DNA from: an uncultured Gammaproteobacteria bacterium
Lineage (GTDB): Bacteria > Patescibacteriota > Patescibacteriia > CAZSQN01
Direction: 5' to 3'
Assembly: GCA_964609095.1 (NCBI GenBank)
Contig: CAZSQN010000003.1
Location: 12,687 to 76,686, forward strand
Length of the DNA stretch: 64,000 bases
Numbering within the stretch: the stretch's first letter is position 1; each line of letters starts with the position of its first letter. A program made the translations under genes and the position numbers. This document shows positions 18,471 through 28,541 of the stretch, piece by piece. The notes under the pieces are model-generated. The model ran no database searches, was not told the DNA's origin, and saw nothing but the letters and a program-made list of their open reading frames with translations.

Positions 18471-19883
18471 TTACGCCTTCTTAATTTTTGGACCCGTTGC
18501 CGCATCCTCTACTTTAAACCCCAGCTCTTTTATTTTTTGCCGCAATTCATCAGCTTGCTTAAAATCGCCTTTTTTACGCGCTTCTTCCCGCTCTCTAACC
18601 AGCTTTTGCGCCTCTGTTGGAACTTTCTCCGCCTCTCTTTTTTTAAAACCGATTCCAAGCGTAGAACCCATTTCGCGAAGAAGCTTGGCGGCGGCTTTTG
18701 CTTCGGAACGCTTAACTCCGTAGTCAAGCAAAGCATTGCCTTTGCGCGCGAAATTATGAAGCGCGGCCAATGCCTTGGAAGTGTTAAGGTCATTGTCCAT
18801 GGCCCGCAGATATTCCTCGCGCGTTTCATTGATTAAACTTTTCATTGATGCGTTGCCGGCTTTGGGCTTATCTAATCTGCCGGCAAACTCGTCAATTCGG
18901 CTAATCGCTACGCGCGCCGAGTCCAAACTTTCCCAAGTAAAATTAAGCGGGTCTCTGTAATGAACCGAGATTAGGAGATAACGCAGTTCGCGCGGAGAAA
19001 ACCCGCGGGAAGTTATGTCATTAAGCGTATAAAAATTTCCCAAACTTTTGCTCATTTTCTCTCCGTCTACCAGCAAGTGCGTGACATGCAGGAAGTAGCG
19101 GCTGAATTTCGCGCCGTTGGCCGCCTCGGATTGCGCTATTTCCGCTTCGTGATGGGGAAACTTATTGTCTTCGCCGCCGGTATGGATATCAATGGTTTTC
19201 CCCAGATATTTTTCCGCCATGGCCGAACATTCAAGATGCCAGCCCGGATACCCCTCCCCCCACGGCGCCTTCCAAGTCATCAAATGTCCGGCCTTGCAAA
19301 TCCACAGCGCGAAATCAAACGGCTCTTTTTTGCCCGAAACCGGCGCCACGCGGGCTCCGGCTAAAAGATTTTCCAAAGTGTTGCCGGAGAGCTTGCCATA
19401 ATCAGAAAATTTTCTTACTTCGTAATAAACATTGCAGCCGTCCTTGTACCCGTACCCCGCCCTGATAAGCTTTTCTATCATTTTAATCATTTCTTTTATA
19501 TGAGCGCTGGCGCGGGGATACTTCCATGCCGGTTTAATGTTTAGGGCGTTAATGTCATTAAAAAACGCCTGCGTGAATTTTTCCGCGATTTGCTTGGGCG
19601 AGGTTTTGGCGAGCCGCGCGGCTTCTTCAATTTTGTCCAAGCCCTCTTCGGCGTCAGCCATCTGATGACCCACATCCGTGATGTTCATTACCTGCCTGAC
19701 TTTATAACCGCCGTATTCAAGATATCTTCGAAGAACATCCACGGCGACAAAAGAACGCAGATTGCCGATATGCGCGAAGTCGTAAACAGTCGGCCCGCAG
19801 GAATACATCTTTACAACCCCGCCTTCTTTCTTGAACGGCTCAATCTCTTTAGAAAGGGAATTATATAATTTTAAACTTGACAT
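18471..19883 (-). CDS. cysS: Cysteine--tRNA ligase
   Basis: CGPTVY, HIGN, PGWHLECSAM, KMSKS; start taken at MSSLKLYN. Confidence 0.96.
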   Translation of the reverse strand: MSSLKLYNSLSKEIEPFKKEGGVVKMYSCGPTVYDFAHIGNLRSFVAVDVLRRYLEYGGYKVRQVMNITDVGHQMADAEEGLDKIEEAARLAKTSPKQIAEKFTQAFFNDINALNIKPAWKYPRASAHIKEMIKMIEKLIRAGYGYKDGCNVYYEVRKFSDYGKLSGNTLENLLAGARVAPVSGKKEPFDFALWICKAGHLMTWKAPWGEGYPGWHLECSAMAEKYLGKTIDIHTGGEDNKFPHHEAEIAQSEAANGAKFSRYFLHVTHLLVDGEKMSKSLGNFYTLNDITSRGFSPRELRYLLISVHYRDPLNFTWESLDSARVAISRIDEFAGRLDKPKAGNASMKSLINETREEYLRAMDNDLNTSKALAALHNFARKGNALLDYGVKRSEAKAAAKLLREMGSTLGIGFKKREAEKVPTEAQKLVREREEARKKGDFKQADELRQKIKELGFKVEDAATGPKIKKA

Positions 19884-19889
19884 AAATAA

Positions 19890-19947
19890 AGGGTATAGGG
19901 TACGGGGTATAGAAATTAAAAAAACCAAACCCTAAACCCTAAACCCT
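19890..19947. repeat. Heptamer tandem/inverted repeats (TATAGGG...AAACCCT x3)
   Basis: Seen directly. Confidence 0.8.
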
Positions 19948-19949
19948 TT

Positions 19950-22199
19950 TTAATATATCGTTCTCCACGCGTAAGAATTTGCCGCGTCTTTGGCGCACAC
20001 GGCCATGGAATCTTTTACGCCGGAAGCGCCTTCTATAAAGCGCAGAGCGCCGCGCAAAGAGGAATTGCAAGTAGCGGCTCCTACCGTACCAAAAAGAATA
20101 TAATTATCAACATGCAGATTGCCGTTGACCCCGGCGTTGCCGTTCACATAGAAATCATCGCCGCCCATGGTAAAAGCCGGATCGTCAATGTTTTCCACCG
20201 TATTGCCAACAAATAAACTGTCGCCAACATAAACATTAGCGTATGGAGACACGCCTGTTCCGGAAAAATATCCGGCCCAGTTGGTTGTGCCTCCGGAAGC
20301 GCTGCCGTAAACGCCGTAGGTTGTGCCCGCTCCATTGCCAATGCCGCGCACGCCATAAATTCCATCGGCGTAAACTCCATAACTTCCGTACCCAACATAG
20401 GCCTCGCCTCCGCCGCTGTCAGTATCGGTAAAATATCCTCCGGCGGTAGAACCCTGCGAGCGCGCTCCATAAGCCGAATTAACGGTTTGTCCGCCGGAAG
20501 CCAGCGCGCCGCTTACAAGAAAATTGTCACCCGAAGCGGTTTGCACTGTTCCATTTGCAGAGTCCAATGTAAGCGCGCCGGTGCCGGCCGCGCCTAAAAT
20601 AGTCGGCGTGGCCTCATTAATAGTTACATCACCGGAAATCTGCGTCGGGTCGGTAATCCTAAATCCAAGAAAACCGCTCGCCATCTGTGAATTGTAAGAA
20701 ATTGACTCTGTTAAATTACCCCTAAAACTTACGTATACTGGGCCTTCCGCCGTATCATTGGCATTAAGTTTCAAAACGCCGTAATCAAGCGTGGTTTGCG
20801 GATACATACCATAAACCATGTTAATAATCCCGCCATTCAAATTGATGTCAGTCCCCAATCCGCTCATATTCAGGTCGCCGGTCATTGTGTCGCCGGGCAC
20901 ATTTACATATCTGCCGTCGGCAAAAGCCGTGTCAAGGGAAACCGTATCAGCGCCAACCGTGATGCCTGGTCCTGCCCCCACATCCAAAGTATCGGCAGAA
21001 GCCGTAAGCCCAGCTCCGGCGCCAACATCAACCGTCACATCCCCGCTTGCTCCGCCCCCGGTTAAACCCGAGCCGGCAGCCACTCCCGTAATATCTCCCC
21101 CGCCGCCGCCTCCTCCGGCCGGCCAGGAACTGCGGCAATCCGTTCCTATGCAAAAAGTGGACGCGCTAATGGTATTGGCGTCAGTATACGGCGCTCCGGA
21201 AGTGCAGGTAGCGCCGGTAAGAGAGCATATTGACCTTCCGATAATTGATCCTTGGGAGGTTAAATTATATCCGCCGGCAACCTGAACGGGACCGCTAAAA
21301 TTCGCGCTCTGCCCAATGGTTGTGCCAAGTCCGCCTCTGAAATAAACTGCTTTATTGAATTCAAAATTATTCCCTGGCGGAATCCAGTCCAAGCGATTAC
21401 CCGCATCAACGAAATTTACGGAAACGGTTGTGCCGCCGTTATCGGTATCAAGCGTGATTGAGCCGACCTGCGTTGTGTTGCCGCGGTTGGTTACAGTGCG
21501 CAAAGTGTCCGCGTCAACTGATGCCCAGGTGCTCCGGCAATCTCCGCCCATGCACAATTCCCGCGCGTCAATGTATCTGCCGGGGGCGTTAATATCTGCC
21601 GAACCGGCTAAATTCAGATCGCCAGTAATCGTGTCGCCGGTTATATTTACATACAACCCGTCAGCATAAGCCGTGTCCAATGAGACAGTCACATCCCCGC
21701 TGCTCCCACCGCCGGAAATTCCCGAACCGGCATTAACGCCGGTAATATCCCCGCCTCCGCCGCCTCCTCCGGCCGGCCAAACATTACGGCAGTCAGCGCC
21801 AATGCAAAGCTGGGTTCCTCTTACATTCCCTCCCGCAGTTAGATTGCCGTCAGTTGTAATGTCGCCTGCCGCCTGACTTGCTCCCGCGCCAATAATTGTT
21901 CCGTTAACGCCATTGCCAAAATAGGCATTGGGCGAAGTCACTCTCCAAGTCGCGTCAGGATTGTGTCCGCCAAAAGCTCCTCCCTGGCTCATCCTGCCGG
22001 TGCCGGAGATATTAAAACTCGCGGTTTGTTCGGTTCCGGAAATCTGGCTGTTCCAGATTAGCGGCGGCGTATTATTGCCGGGCGGAGCCGCAGTCGGCTC
22101 CTGCCAGCCCTGTGCCAATACAATTTGCACGGCAAAAATAAAAAACAAAGCCAATAAAGTGACGGCGGAACTCTCAAAAATAATCTTTTTTATTTTCAT
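19950..22199 (-). CDS. Secreted Gly-rich fibre/adhesin-like protein with internal repeats
   Basis: Signal peptide, WQEPTAAPPGNN, three C(I/M)GxDCRxxW motifs, duplicated GGGGGGGDITGV..GDVTV..YVN..GDT.TGDL. Confidence 0.75.
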   Translation of the reverse strand: MKIKKIIFESSAVTLLALFFIFAVQIVLAQGWQEPTAAPPGNNTPPLIWNSQISGTEQTASFNISGTGRMSQGGAFGGHNPDATWRVTSPNAYFGNGVNGTIIGAGASQAAGDITTDGNLTAGGNVRGTQLCIGADCRNVWPAGGGGGGGDITGVNAGSGISGGGSSGDVTVSLDTAYADGLYVNITGDTITGDLNLAGSADINAPGRYIDARELCMGGDCRSTWASVDADTLRTVTNRGNTTQVGSITLDTDNGGTTVSVNFVDAGNRLDWIPPGNNFEFNKAVYFRGGLGTTIGQSANFSGPVQVAGGYNLTSQGSIIGRSICSLTGATCTSGAPYTDANTISASTFCIGTDCRSSWPAGGGGGGGDITGVAAGSGLTGGGASGDVTVDVGAGAGLTASADTLDVGAGPGITVGADTVSLDTAFADGRYVNVPGDTMTGDLNMSGLGTDINLNGGIINMVYGMYPQTTLDYGVLKLNANDTAEGPVYVSFRGNLTESISYNSQMASGFLGFRITDPTQISGDVTINEATPTILGAAGTGALTLDSANGTVQTASGDNFLVSGALASGGQTVNSAYGARSQGSTAGGYFTDTDSGGGEAYVGYGSYGVYADGIYGVRGIGNGAGTTYGVYGSASGGTTNWAGYFSGTGVSPYANVYVGDSLFVGNTVENIDDPAFTMGGDDFYVNGNAGVNGNLHVDNYILFGTVGAATCNSSLRGALRFIEGASGVKDSMAVCAKDAANSYAWRTIY

Positions 22200-22209
22200 A
22201 AAAATTATC

Positions 22210-22776
22210 TCACTGCAACTTAGGCCTGCGCTCTTCTCCGATAAAAATCATCAGCGCTATCGGCGTTACCAGCCAAAAAAATTTGCCCAAATTTCCGGTA
22301 AACACCATCTGCGTAAAAGGGGCAAAATAGCGCATAGCCGTTCCGGGCAAGAAAGAAAGCATCACGGAAGTTAAAAGCCCCACGTGCAAAAAGCTCCAAA
22401 GAATAACTTGCCACCAGCGTCCGCCGGCCGGAGAACCGATATTGCGCAAAAACGAGCTCCGGGCAAGAGCGAAAAATAAAATTATAAAAGCGCCGACAAA
22501 CAAGCTCATGCGCAAAGCAAACTCCGAACCGGTGTTTCTGAAATTGGAAAGATACGGCGCGGTATTAACCACGGCCAGAGACATATAGATCGCGATTAAA
22601 GTCAAAATAATGCGGTCGCGGCCCAAAGTCAGACCGTAGAGCAGCACGGCGAAAGAAAAGAAAAACAAAACAAAAATATCCCAGGTCGGCTGCGCCAGAT
22701 TCAGGTTTTTAAGCGCCGTAAAAAGTCCGGAAAAATCCACGCTCAATTTTGCCAATGTGGTTTGTATAAAAAACAT
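22210..22776 (-). CDS. Membrane protein (CvpA-like topology)
   Basis: About 5 hydrophobic segments. Confidence 0.65.
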   Translation of the reverse strand: MFFIQTTLAKLSVDFSGLFTALKNLNLAQPTWDIFVLFFFSFAVLLYGLTLGRDRIILTLIAIYMSLAVVNTAPYLSNFRNTGSEFALRMSLFVGAFIILFFALARSSFLRNIGSPAGGRWWQVILWSFLHVGLLTSVMLSFLPGTAMRYFAPFTQMVFTGNLGKFFWLVTPIALMIFIGEERRPKLQ

Positions 22777-22784
22777 GACACAGC

Positions 22785-22846
22785 GTATAGGGTTTAGGGT
22801 TTAGGGTTTAGGGTCACTAAACGCTGAACACTAACCGCTAAACGCT
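22785..22846. repeat. Heptamer repeats (TTTAGGG x3 / TAAACGC)
   Basis: Seen directly. Confidence 0.8.
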
Positions 22847-22941
22847 TTTAACGGTTTTCCACAGCTTCCATATCATTATATCAAAAGCAAGCAAACAAAA
22901 AAAGCGGACAAAAGCCCGCTTTGCCGCAACGTGGAAAAACT

Positions 22942-23190
22942 CTAAATTCGCTCAAAAGAATGAACAAAATGGCCGTTATTGCTTTCACCCCATTCTGTAA
23001 TACGGACCTTAAAGCCGACCGCGGCTTCAATCACGCCAATAATATAGTTCTCCACCTCGCGCCGCTCTTCCTCGGATTCCCAAAAAGTAACCCCATGATA
23101 GTCATAGTAATAAACCAAACCCTCGTTTCTACGAATGCCTATCTGCCTTGATGGAAGTTTATCCAAAAGTTCACGCTTCAGTTTTTCCAT
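22942..23190 (-). CDS. Hypothetical protein, 82 aa
   Basis: SD GGAGG 7 nt before MEKLKRELL; terminator hairpin at ~22900-22925. Confidence 0.6.
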   Translation of the reverse strand: MEKLKRELLDKLPSRQIGIRRNEGLVYYYDYHGVTFWESEEERREVENYIIGVIEAAVGFKVRITEWGESNNGHFVHSFERI

Positions 23191-23248
23191 GCTATTGCCT
23201 CCCTTGAAAGAACAACTTGATTTATAATATAATAATAAAAAAAATATT

Positions 23249-23677
23249 ATGCAAGAAGACCTTGACCCCAATAAGGCAACCTATGTTGATCCGAGACACG
23301 AGGAACACGCCTTTGACTTGCCTTTTTGGCGAGATAATCAGAAATTATGGGTATTAAAAGTTCCAGTGGAAGATATGAATATTGAGGAATTGCTTTGGAT
23401 TTTAGATGTGCCGTTCTGGGAAGACGAACGCGGCAATATCGTTATAACGCCCAATGAGGTTATAAACAATCCGGATAAATATCCCGCGCACCAAAACAGA
23501 ATAACGGCTGCCGACACTTCTTATCCCATTGATATAATGAAAAATAAAAAAGGAAAGTGGCTGACGTTAGACGGGCTGCACCGCCTTGCCAAGCTGGCAA
23601 TAAAAAAAGCACCCACTGTTAAAGTTAGGAAAATTCCGCCGAAACTTGTCCATTTGACGGCACGGGATAATAAGTAA
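23249..23677 (+). CDS. Stand-alone ParB/Srx-like protein
   Basis: YPIDI...LTLDGLHRLAK motif. Confidence 0.7.
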   Translation: MQEDLDPNKATYVDPRHEEHAFDLPFWRDNQKLWVLKVPVEDMNIEELLWILDVPFWEDERGNIVITPNEVINNPDKYPAHQNRITAADTSYPIDIMKNKKGKWLTLDGLHRLAKLAIKKAPTVKVRKIPPKLVHLTARDNK

Positions 23678-23684
23678 CCGAAAC

Positions 23685-23715
23685 AAAAACAACCTCACGC
23701 GAGGAGGTCGTTTTT
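23685..23715. terminator. Bidirectional terminator between the ParB-like gene and tRNA-like RNA 1
   Basis: aaaaacaacctc-loop-gaggtcgttttt. Confidence 0.75.
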
Positions 23716-23720
23716 GGGTG

Positions 23721-23798
23721 TGGAGCCAAGGGGTATTGAACCCCCCTATCCGAGTGCTAACCACGGAATCCTCACCGTGAGGTGGCCACAAGGACTCC
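23721..23798 (-). ncRNA. tRNA-like RNA 1 (78 nt)
   Basis: Acceptor GGAGTCC/TGGCTCC+A, CCTCA-CGG-TGAGG arm, TCCG..CGGA arm, T-arm GGGGG-TTCAATA-CCCCT; extended -10 TGCTACAAT at 23808-23816. Confidence 0.65.
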
Positions 23799-23827
23799 AC
23801 GGCGAGGATTGTAGCAGTTTAGAAAAT

Positions 23828-23888
23828 AAAAAGAAAATCCGAGATTTCTCTCGGACTTTCGAGGACTCAATAGAATCCGTGGTTAGCT
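23828..23888 (-). ncRNA. Partner sRNA 1, antisense to the loop of tRNA-like RNA 1
   Basis: Promoter TTGACA-16-TGcTATATT (23894-23921); 5' GCTAACCACGGA; hairpin GGATTC-TATT-GAGTCC; GAAA-loop terminator + U-tract. Confidence 0.65.
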
Positions 23889-23955
23889 ATTTAAATATAG
23901 CATATCTATGAGATTTGTCAAGATAATCCATCCACAACCTCTTTTTGGATGAACT

Positions 23956-25065
23956 TCAACTCTTTTTCGCAAAATAATAAGCCGCCAAAAGAGTGGATAT
24001 GGGCACGGCAAGAATCAGCGCGGAACTGCCGACAAGAGTCCGGACAATTTCCTCTGCCATAAATTCGCTGTTAAAAATAACCCAAAGCGGTTGCGCTTTG
24101 TCTATTGTAAAAAACATAAATAAAGGCAAAGACGCCCCGGCATAAGCCAAAACAAGAGTATTGACCAGCGAAGCAATATGCTCCCTGCCAATGGAAAGCC
24201 CGCGCCGGTAAAGCTCGCCAAAACCAAGGGAACTATTCGCTTCTTTTAGCTCTGCCACGGCCGCGGCCTGCGCCGTTGTCACATCGTCCAAAACGCCCAA
24301 AGTGCCGATAATTATCCCGCCCAAAAGTAGGCCGCGCAGATTAATGGACTCCGTCAATGACAATTGGAGATTAATCGCCTCCTCGCTTCCGGCTCCCCAA
24401 AGCTTGGAAGCGGCAACAAATAAAAGCGCCAAAACTGCCGAAACCAAAAGAGTTATGACCGTGCTCAAATACGCCACGGCCGTCCGCTTGTTGATTCCAT
24501 GCGCCAAAAACAAAGAAATCGTGGCTATGGCCAGCGAACCCAAAAAGCTTATGCCAAATGCGTTGCCGCCATCAGCGATTTTAGGCACGACATAAAAATT
24601 CAAAATCAGCAAACTGAATCCAAGTCCGAGCAATGACAACACTCCCTTGCGCCTGCCGAAAATTGCCGCCAAAGAAAAAAAGATACCAAAAACCAGCAAG
24701 AGCGGAGTCAGACGATACTTCTCCACCAAAAGATATTCAATCTGGCCGTCAATTATTGTTTTGGAAACAATAATTTTTTCTTTTTCCTTAAATGTCTCCC
24801 AGCTCTTCTCCGCCTCTTGGGTATAAATAATGCCGATTGTTTTGCCTTTTTCTTTTCCGCTTAAAATCCGCGCTTCAAATTTTAATGTTTTGCCGATAAA
24901 CTCATTGCTCTCGGCCGGCAATTCCGCGATGGACAAAATCTTTGCTTTATAATACTCGTCTTTTGGCGGCAGAAAATTTGAAGAGTCAGCCGTTGCGCCA
25001 ACAAAGACAGGAAAAGTTAATAAATAAAAGATAAAAGACAAAAGAAAAAAGATTTTTTTAAACAT
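23956..25065 (-). CDS. YibE/F-family membrane protein
   Basis: GIIIGTLGVLDDVT, IGREHIASLVNTLVLAYAG, EIVRTLVGS. Confidence 0.92.
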   Translation of the reverse strand: MFKKIFFLLSFIFYLLTFPVFVGATADSSNFLPPKDEYYKAKILSIAELPAESNEFIGKTLKFEARILSGKEKGKTIGIIYTQEAEKSWETFKEKEKIIVSKTIIDGQIEYLLVEKYRLTPLLLVFGIFFSLAAIFGRRKGVLSLLGLGFSLLILNFYVVPKIADGGNAFGISFLGSLAIATISLFLAHGINKRTAVAYLSTVITLLVSAVLALLFVAASKLWGAGSEEAINLQLSLTESINLRGLLLGGIIIGTLGVLDDVTTAQAAAVAELKEANSSLGFGELYRRGLSIGREHIASLVNTLVLAYAGASLPLFMFFTIDKAQPLWVIFNSEFMAEEIVRTLVGSSALILAVPISTLLAAYYFAKKS

Positions 25066-25160
25066 AATTATTATTCCGTTTATTACATTTTTTCAAAATC
25101 CTTTAACGGCTGTGGATAACTGTTATTTCAAACTTTCTATTTATTTTCTATAATATCAGT

Positions 25161-26663
25161 ATGATGACAAAAAAGCAAAAACACGTGCTCGATTTTATAA
25201 CCTTTCACCAAGAACGGGAAGGATATGCCCCTTCCCTTGATGAGATACGCAAGAAATTTAAACTTGCGTCTGTTTCAACTGCCCATTTCCACGTATCAAA
25301 ACTCCGCGATTTGGGTTATTTATCCAAAGAAGAAAATAAACCGCGAGCCATTGAAGCGCTTGGCCGCGAAACAATGGTAAAGATTCCGCTTTTAGGAACG
25401 ATCGCCGCCGGCCAACCTATTGAAGCAATTCAAGAAAAAGAGATAATCGCGGTTCCAAAAAGCAAAATTCCTTTTTCGTCAGAGGTTTATGCTCTCCGCG
25501 TAGTCGGAAGCAGTATGATTGACGAAAATATAAACGATGGCGATGTTGTTTTGGTGCGTCAACAGGAAACAGCCGAAAACGGACAAAAAGTCGTGGCTCT
25601 CATAGATAATCACGAAGCAACCTTAAAAAAATTTTACAGAGAAAACGGGTATATTCGATTACAGCCCGCAAACAAAACAATGGAACCGCTTATTTTTAGA
25701 AATGGGCGGGATGTTTCAATTCAAGGAGTTGTGCTGGATGTTATTCGTGATGGCGGTTTTGTGTCTCCGGTAGAAATTTATCCGGATGCAAAACTTCTTA
25801 ATCGAGAAAGAAAAGTCAAAAACCGAGAAGCAAAAGAAAGAACGCGCGGCGGCACAAAATTTCAGAAAGATGCCGTTATGGTTGCGCAAGCAGACGGTAT
25901 TGAAAAATTTACTAATAAAATTATTTGCGGCGACAGTGAAGAAGTTTTGCGTAAAATCCCAACCGGTTCAGTTGATATTATTATTACATCGCCTCCATAT
26001 AATTTTGGTCTGGAATATAAAGACGATAAGAAAAATGATGCGGTTCACTGGGACGAGTATTTTAAGAAGATAAACACAATTTGGAAGGAGTGCGCGCGTG
26101 TTCTAAAACCAGGCGGACGATTGTGCCTCAATGTACAGCCATTGTTTTCAGATTACATTCCGACACATCACCTGATGTCAAAACAACTACTCAATCACGG
26201 TCTTATATGGAAAGGCGAAATTTTGTGGGAAAAAAACAACTATAACTGCAAATATACCGCGTGGGGTAGCTGGAAAAGCCCCAGTATGCCATATTTGAAG
26301 TACACTTGGGAATTTGTTGAGATTTTTTCAAAAGATACGCACAAAAAAGTCGGTGACTCGTCAAAAGCCGATATTACTGGCGATGAGTTTAAAAAATGGG
26401 TTTACGCGAAATGGTCTATTGCCTCCGAACGAAACATGAAAGATTATGATCATCCCGCGATGTTTCCAAAAGAGTTAGCAACACGACTGATGAAACTTTT
26501 CAGCTATCAAGACGATATCGTACTTGATCCATTTAACGGCGCCGGCACAACAACACTTTGCGCCGCAGAAACCGGCAGAAAATATATCGGCATAGATATT
26601 TCGCCTAAATACTGCGAAATCTCTGAAAAACGAATTAAAGAAATTCCAGCGAAGTTATTTTAG
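25161..26663 (+). CDS. lexA: LexA repressor fused to a beta-class N4/N6 DNA methyltransferase
   Basis: wHTH, IAAG cleavage site, GSSM Ser and TLKK Lys; then TSPPY, HPAMFP, LDPFNGAGTT. Confidence 0.88.
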   Translation: MMTKKQKHVLDFITFHQEREGYAPSLDEIRKKFKLASVSTAHFHVSKLRDLGYLSKEENKPRAIEALGRETMVKIPLLGTIAAGQPIEAIQEKEIIAVPKSKIPFSSEVYALRVVGSSMIDENINDGDVVLVRQQETAENGQKVVALIDNHEATLKKFYRENGYIRLQPANKTMEPLIFRNGRDVSIQGVVLDVIRDGGFVSPVEIYPDAKLLNRERKVKNREAKERTRGGTKFQKDAVMVAQADGIEKFTNKIICGDSEEVLRKIPTGSVDIIITSPPYNFGLEYKDDKKNDAVHWDEYFKKINTIWKECARVLKPGGRLCLNVQPLFSDYIPTHHLMSKQLLNHGLIWKGEILWEKNNYNCKYTAWGSWKSPSMPYLKYTWEFVEIFSKDTHKKVGDSSKADITGDEFKKWVYAKWSIASERNMKDYDHPAMFPKELATRLMKLFSYQDDIVLDPFNGAGTTTLCAAETGRKYIGIDISPKYCEISEKRIKEIPAKLF

Positions 26664-27271
26664 AGATGCTTTTTGAGTGCGCGCTCAAAGTATCTGATTG
26701 CATGGTCCAATCTTTCGGGGCGAAGTGGTTTATAAAACTGCTTTTTGTGTATTTCCCCTTTAATGTTTCGCTCTCCATCCAGCATAGTGATAATCTCAAT
26801 GTCGAGATTTGGGAAATGATGCTCAAGAACTTTGACCGATGGACTCCCGTTCGGATGATTAACGGCGATGGAGTAATCACCGCCAAGCATACTCTCCAGT
26901 TGAAAAAGAAAAAATTTGAGTTTTGGAAAATGCTTTTTGAGCAAAAAAGCGTCAACTAATATCCGTTTATACATTGCGACCTCTGCATACGCCTTGCATT
27001 CAATCGAAAGCACAAATTCACCGTCAATATAAATCTGTTTGTCCTGCGATAGTTTATAAACATTTCCTTTTCCATCAACGATGGGATATTTTGTTTTGTT
27101 GATTTTAATACGTGCGGGTTTGCCGCCGATGTTCTTCCATGCAAGCAAAACCATCTCCTCAGCCATCGTCTCAACAAGAGTGCCTTTCAATGAACGCAAA
27201 ACACCACCTGCGCGGATGCGCCACATTTTTCGTATTGTTCGTTCATAAAATTTTATAAATTTGTCAAACAT
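26660..27271 (-). CDS. Putative type II restriction endonuclease (PD-(D/E)xK)
   Basis: D...IECKAY motif; convergent with the methyltransferase, stops overlapping. Confidence 0.65.
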   Translation of the reverse strand: MFDKFIKFYERTIRKMWRIRAGGVLRSLKGTLVETMAEEMVLLAWKNIGGKPARIKINKTKYPIVDGKGNVYKLSQDKQIYIDGEFVLSIECKAYAEVAMYKRILVDAFLLKKHFPKLKFFLFQLESMLGGDYSIAVNHPNGSPSVKVLEHHFPNLDIEIITMLDGERNIKGEIHKKQFYKPLRPERLDHAIRYFERALKKHL

Positions 27272-27329
27272 ATTATTTCAGAAATAATCAACCGGCTTTT
27301 TGTGAATCCGCAGGTTTATTATCTATAAT

Positions 27330-28418
27330 TTAGTCCCCCAACTCCCAACGCAGCTCTTCCAAAAGCTCTTTCTGCCGCCGTGATAATTTTTGCGGAATAT
27401 CAACTAAAATCTCCACCAAGTGGTCGCCTCTACCGGACTTGCCCAAACGCGGCACTCCTTTGCATTTTAATTTCAACATCGTCCCGGGCAAAGTTCCAGC
27501 GGGAATTTTTAACTCCACTTCTCCGTCAACCGTTTCCACGGTCATGCTTCCGCCCAAAACCGCAAACGGATAAGTTATTTTTAATTTGGAAAAGATATCG
27601 TCTCCTTTGCGTTCAAATCTTTTGTCCTTTCTTACTTCTATGTTGATATACAAATCTCCGGCGCTTCCTCCGCGTATCCCCGCTTCTCCTCCGCCCGGAA
27701 CGCGCATAGTGCCGCCATCATCAACTCCGGCCGGAATTTTAACCAAAAACTTTTTCGTGCCTTTGGCAACTCCTGTTCCTCCGCACTTTTTACACTCCTC
27801 TTTTGGCTTGCTCCCCAGCCCGCCGCAGTCGCTACAGGTAACAACCGACTGCATCATGCCGAAAATAGTGCGTGAGGATTGCCTTACCTGGCCGGCTCCG
27901 CCGCAGGTTTTGCAGGTAATCATTTCCGTATTCGGCTCTTTGCCTGCTCCGTCGCACTCTTCGCAGGCAATTTCTTTGTAAAGCTCAACCTCGCGCTCCG
28001 TGCCCGTAACCGCGTCCATCAAGTCAATCGTCATATTCATCTCAATGTCCCGGCCGCGCTTGGAGCGGGTTTTTGTTCCGGTGCCGCCCCGAGATGAGCT
28101 GAAACCGCCTGAAAACATATTTCCCAAAATATCTCCCAGGTCTTCCATATTGATGCCGCCTCCCATTCCGCCAAAACCCTCAAAACCGGAAAATCCGCCT
28201 TGTCCGTTCTGGTCAAAGGCGGTTCCATATTGGTCGTATTGTTTGCGCTTTTTGGCATCGCCCAGCACCTGATACGCTTCATTGATTTCCTTAAACTTGT
28301 CCTGATTTCCGCCTTTATCAGGATGATGCTCGTGCGCGAGCCGGCGAAAGGCCTTTTTAATCTCGTCATCAGTCGCCTCCCGCCCAACTCCTAAGGTTTT
28401 GTAATAATCTTTGGACAT
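27330..28418 (-). CDS. dnaJ: Chaperone DnaJ
   Basis: HPD J-domain, G/F region, four CxxCxGxG repeats. Confidence 0.97.
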   Translation of the reverse strand: MSKDYYKTLGVGREATDDEIKKAFRRLAHEHHPDKGGNQDKFKEINEAYQVLGDAKKRKQYDQYGTAFDQNGQGGFSGFEGFGGMGGGINMEDLGDILGNMFSGGFSSSRGGTGTKTRSKRGRDIEMNMTIDLMDAVTGTEREVELYKEIACEECDGAGKEPNTEMITCKTCGGAGQVRQSSRTIFGMMQSVVTCSDCGGLGSKPKEECKKCGGTGVAKGTKKFLVKIPAGVDDGGTMRVPGGGEAGIRGGSAGDLYINIEVRKDKRFERKGDDIFSKLKITYPFAVLGGSMTVETVDGEVELKIPAGTLPGTMLKLKCKGVPRLGKSGRGDHLVEILVDIPQKLSRRQKELLEELRWELGD

Positions 28419-28472
28419 GTTTTACTTAATTATTTACAATTATCTCCTGCCTTGATACTCTAAATCCGCGGT

Positions 28473-28541
28473 GGGGGTGGCTTAGTGTGGAATCTCGCCT
28501 CATCAACGAGGGTTCTCGGGGTGCAACTCCCCGCACCTCCA
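28473..28541 (+). ncRNA. tRNA-like RNA 2 / mini-tmRNA-like TLD (69 nt) with alanine identity
   Basis: GGGGGTG/CACCTCC with G3:U70 and A73; unpaired D-region; GGAATCTCG-CCTCATCAA-CGAGGGTTCT arm; T-arm CGGGG-TGCAACT-CCCCG; promoter TTTACA-17-TACTCT (28433-28461). Confidence 0.7.

Noticed and set aside
22790-22813. Plant telomere contamination (TTTAGGG)n
   Set aside because: Only three units, part of a degenerate heptamer family embedded among bacterial genes.
23867-23887. sRNA 1 as a trans tmRNA tag frame (GCT AAC CAC GGA TTC TAT TGA, ANHGFY)
   Set aside because: No room for the upstream resume signal, and sRNA 2 has no equivalent frame.
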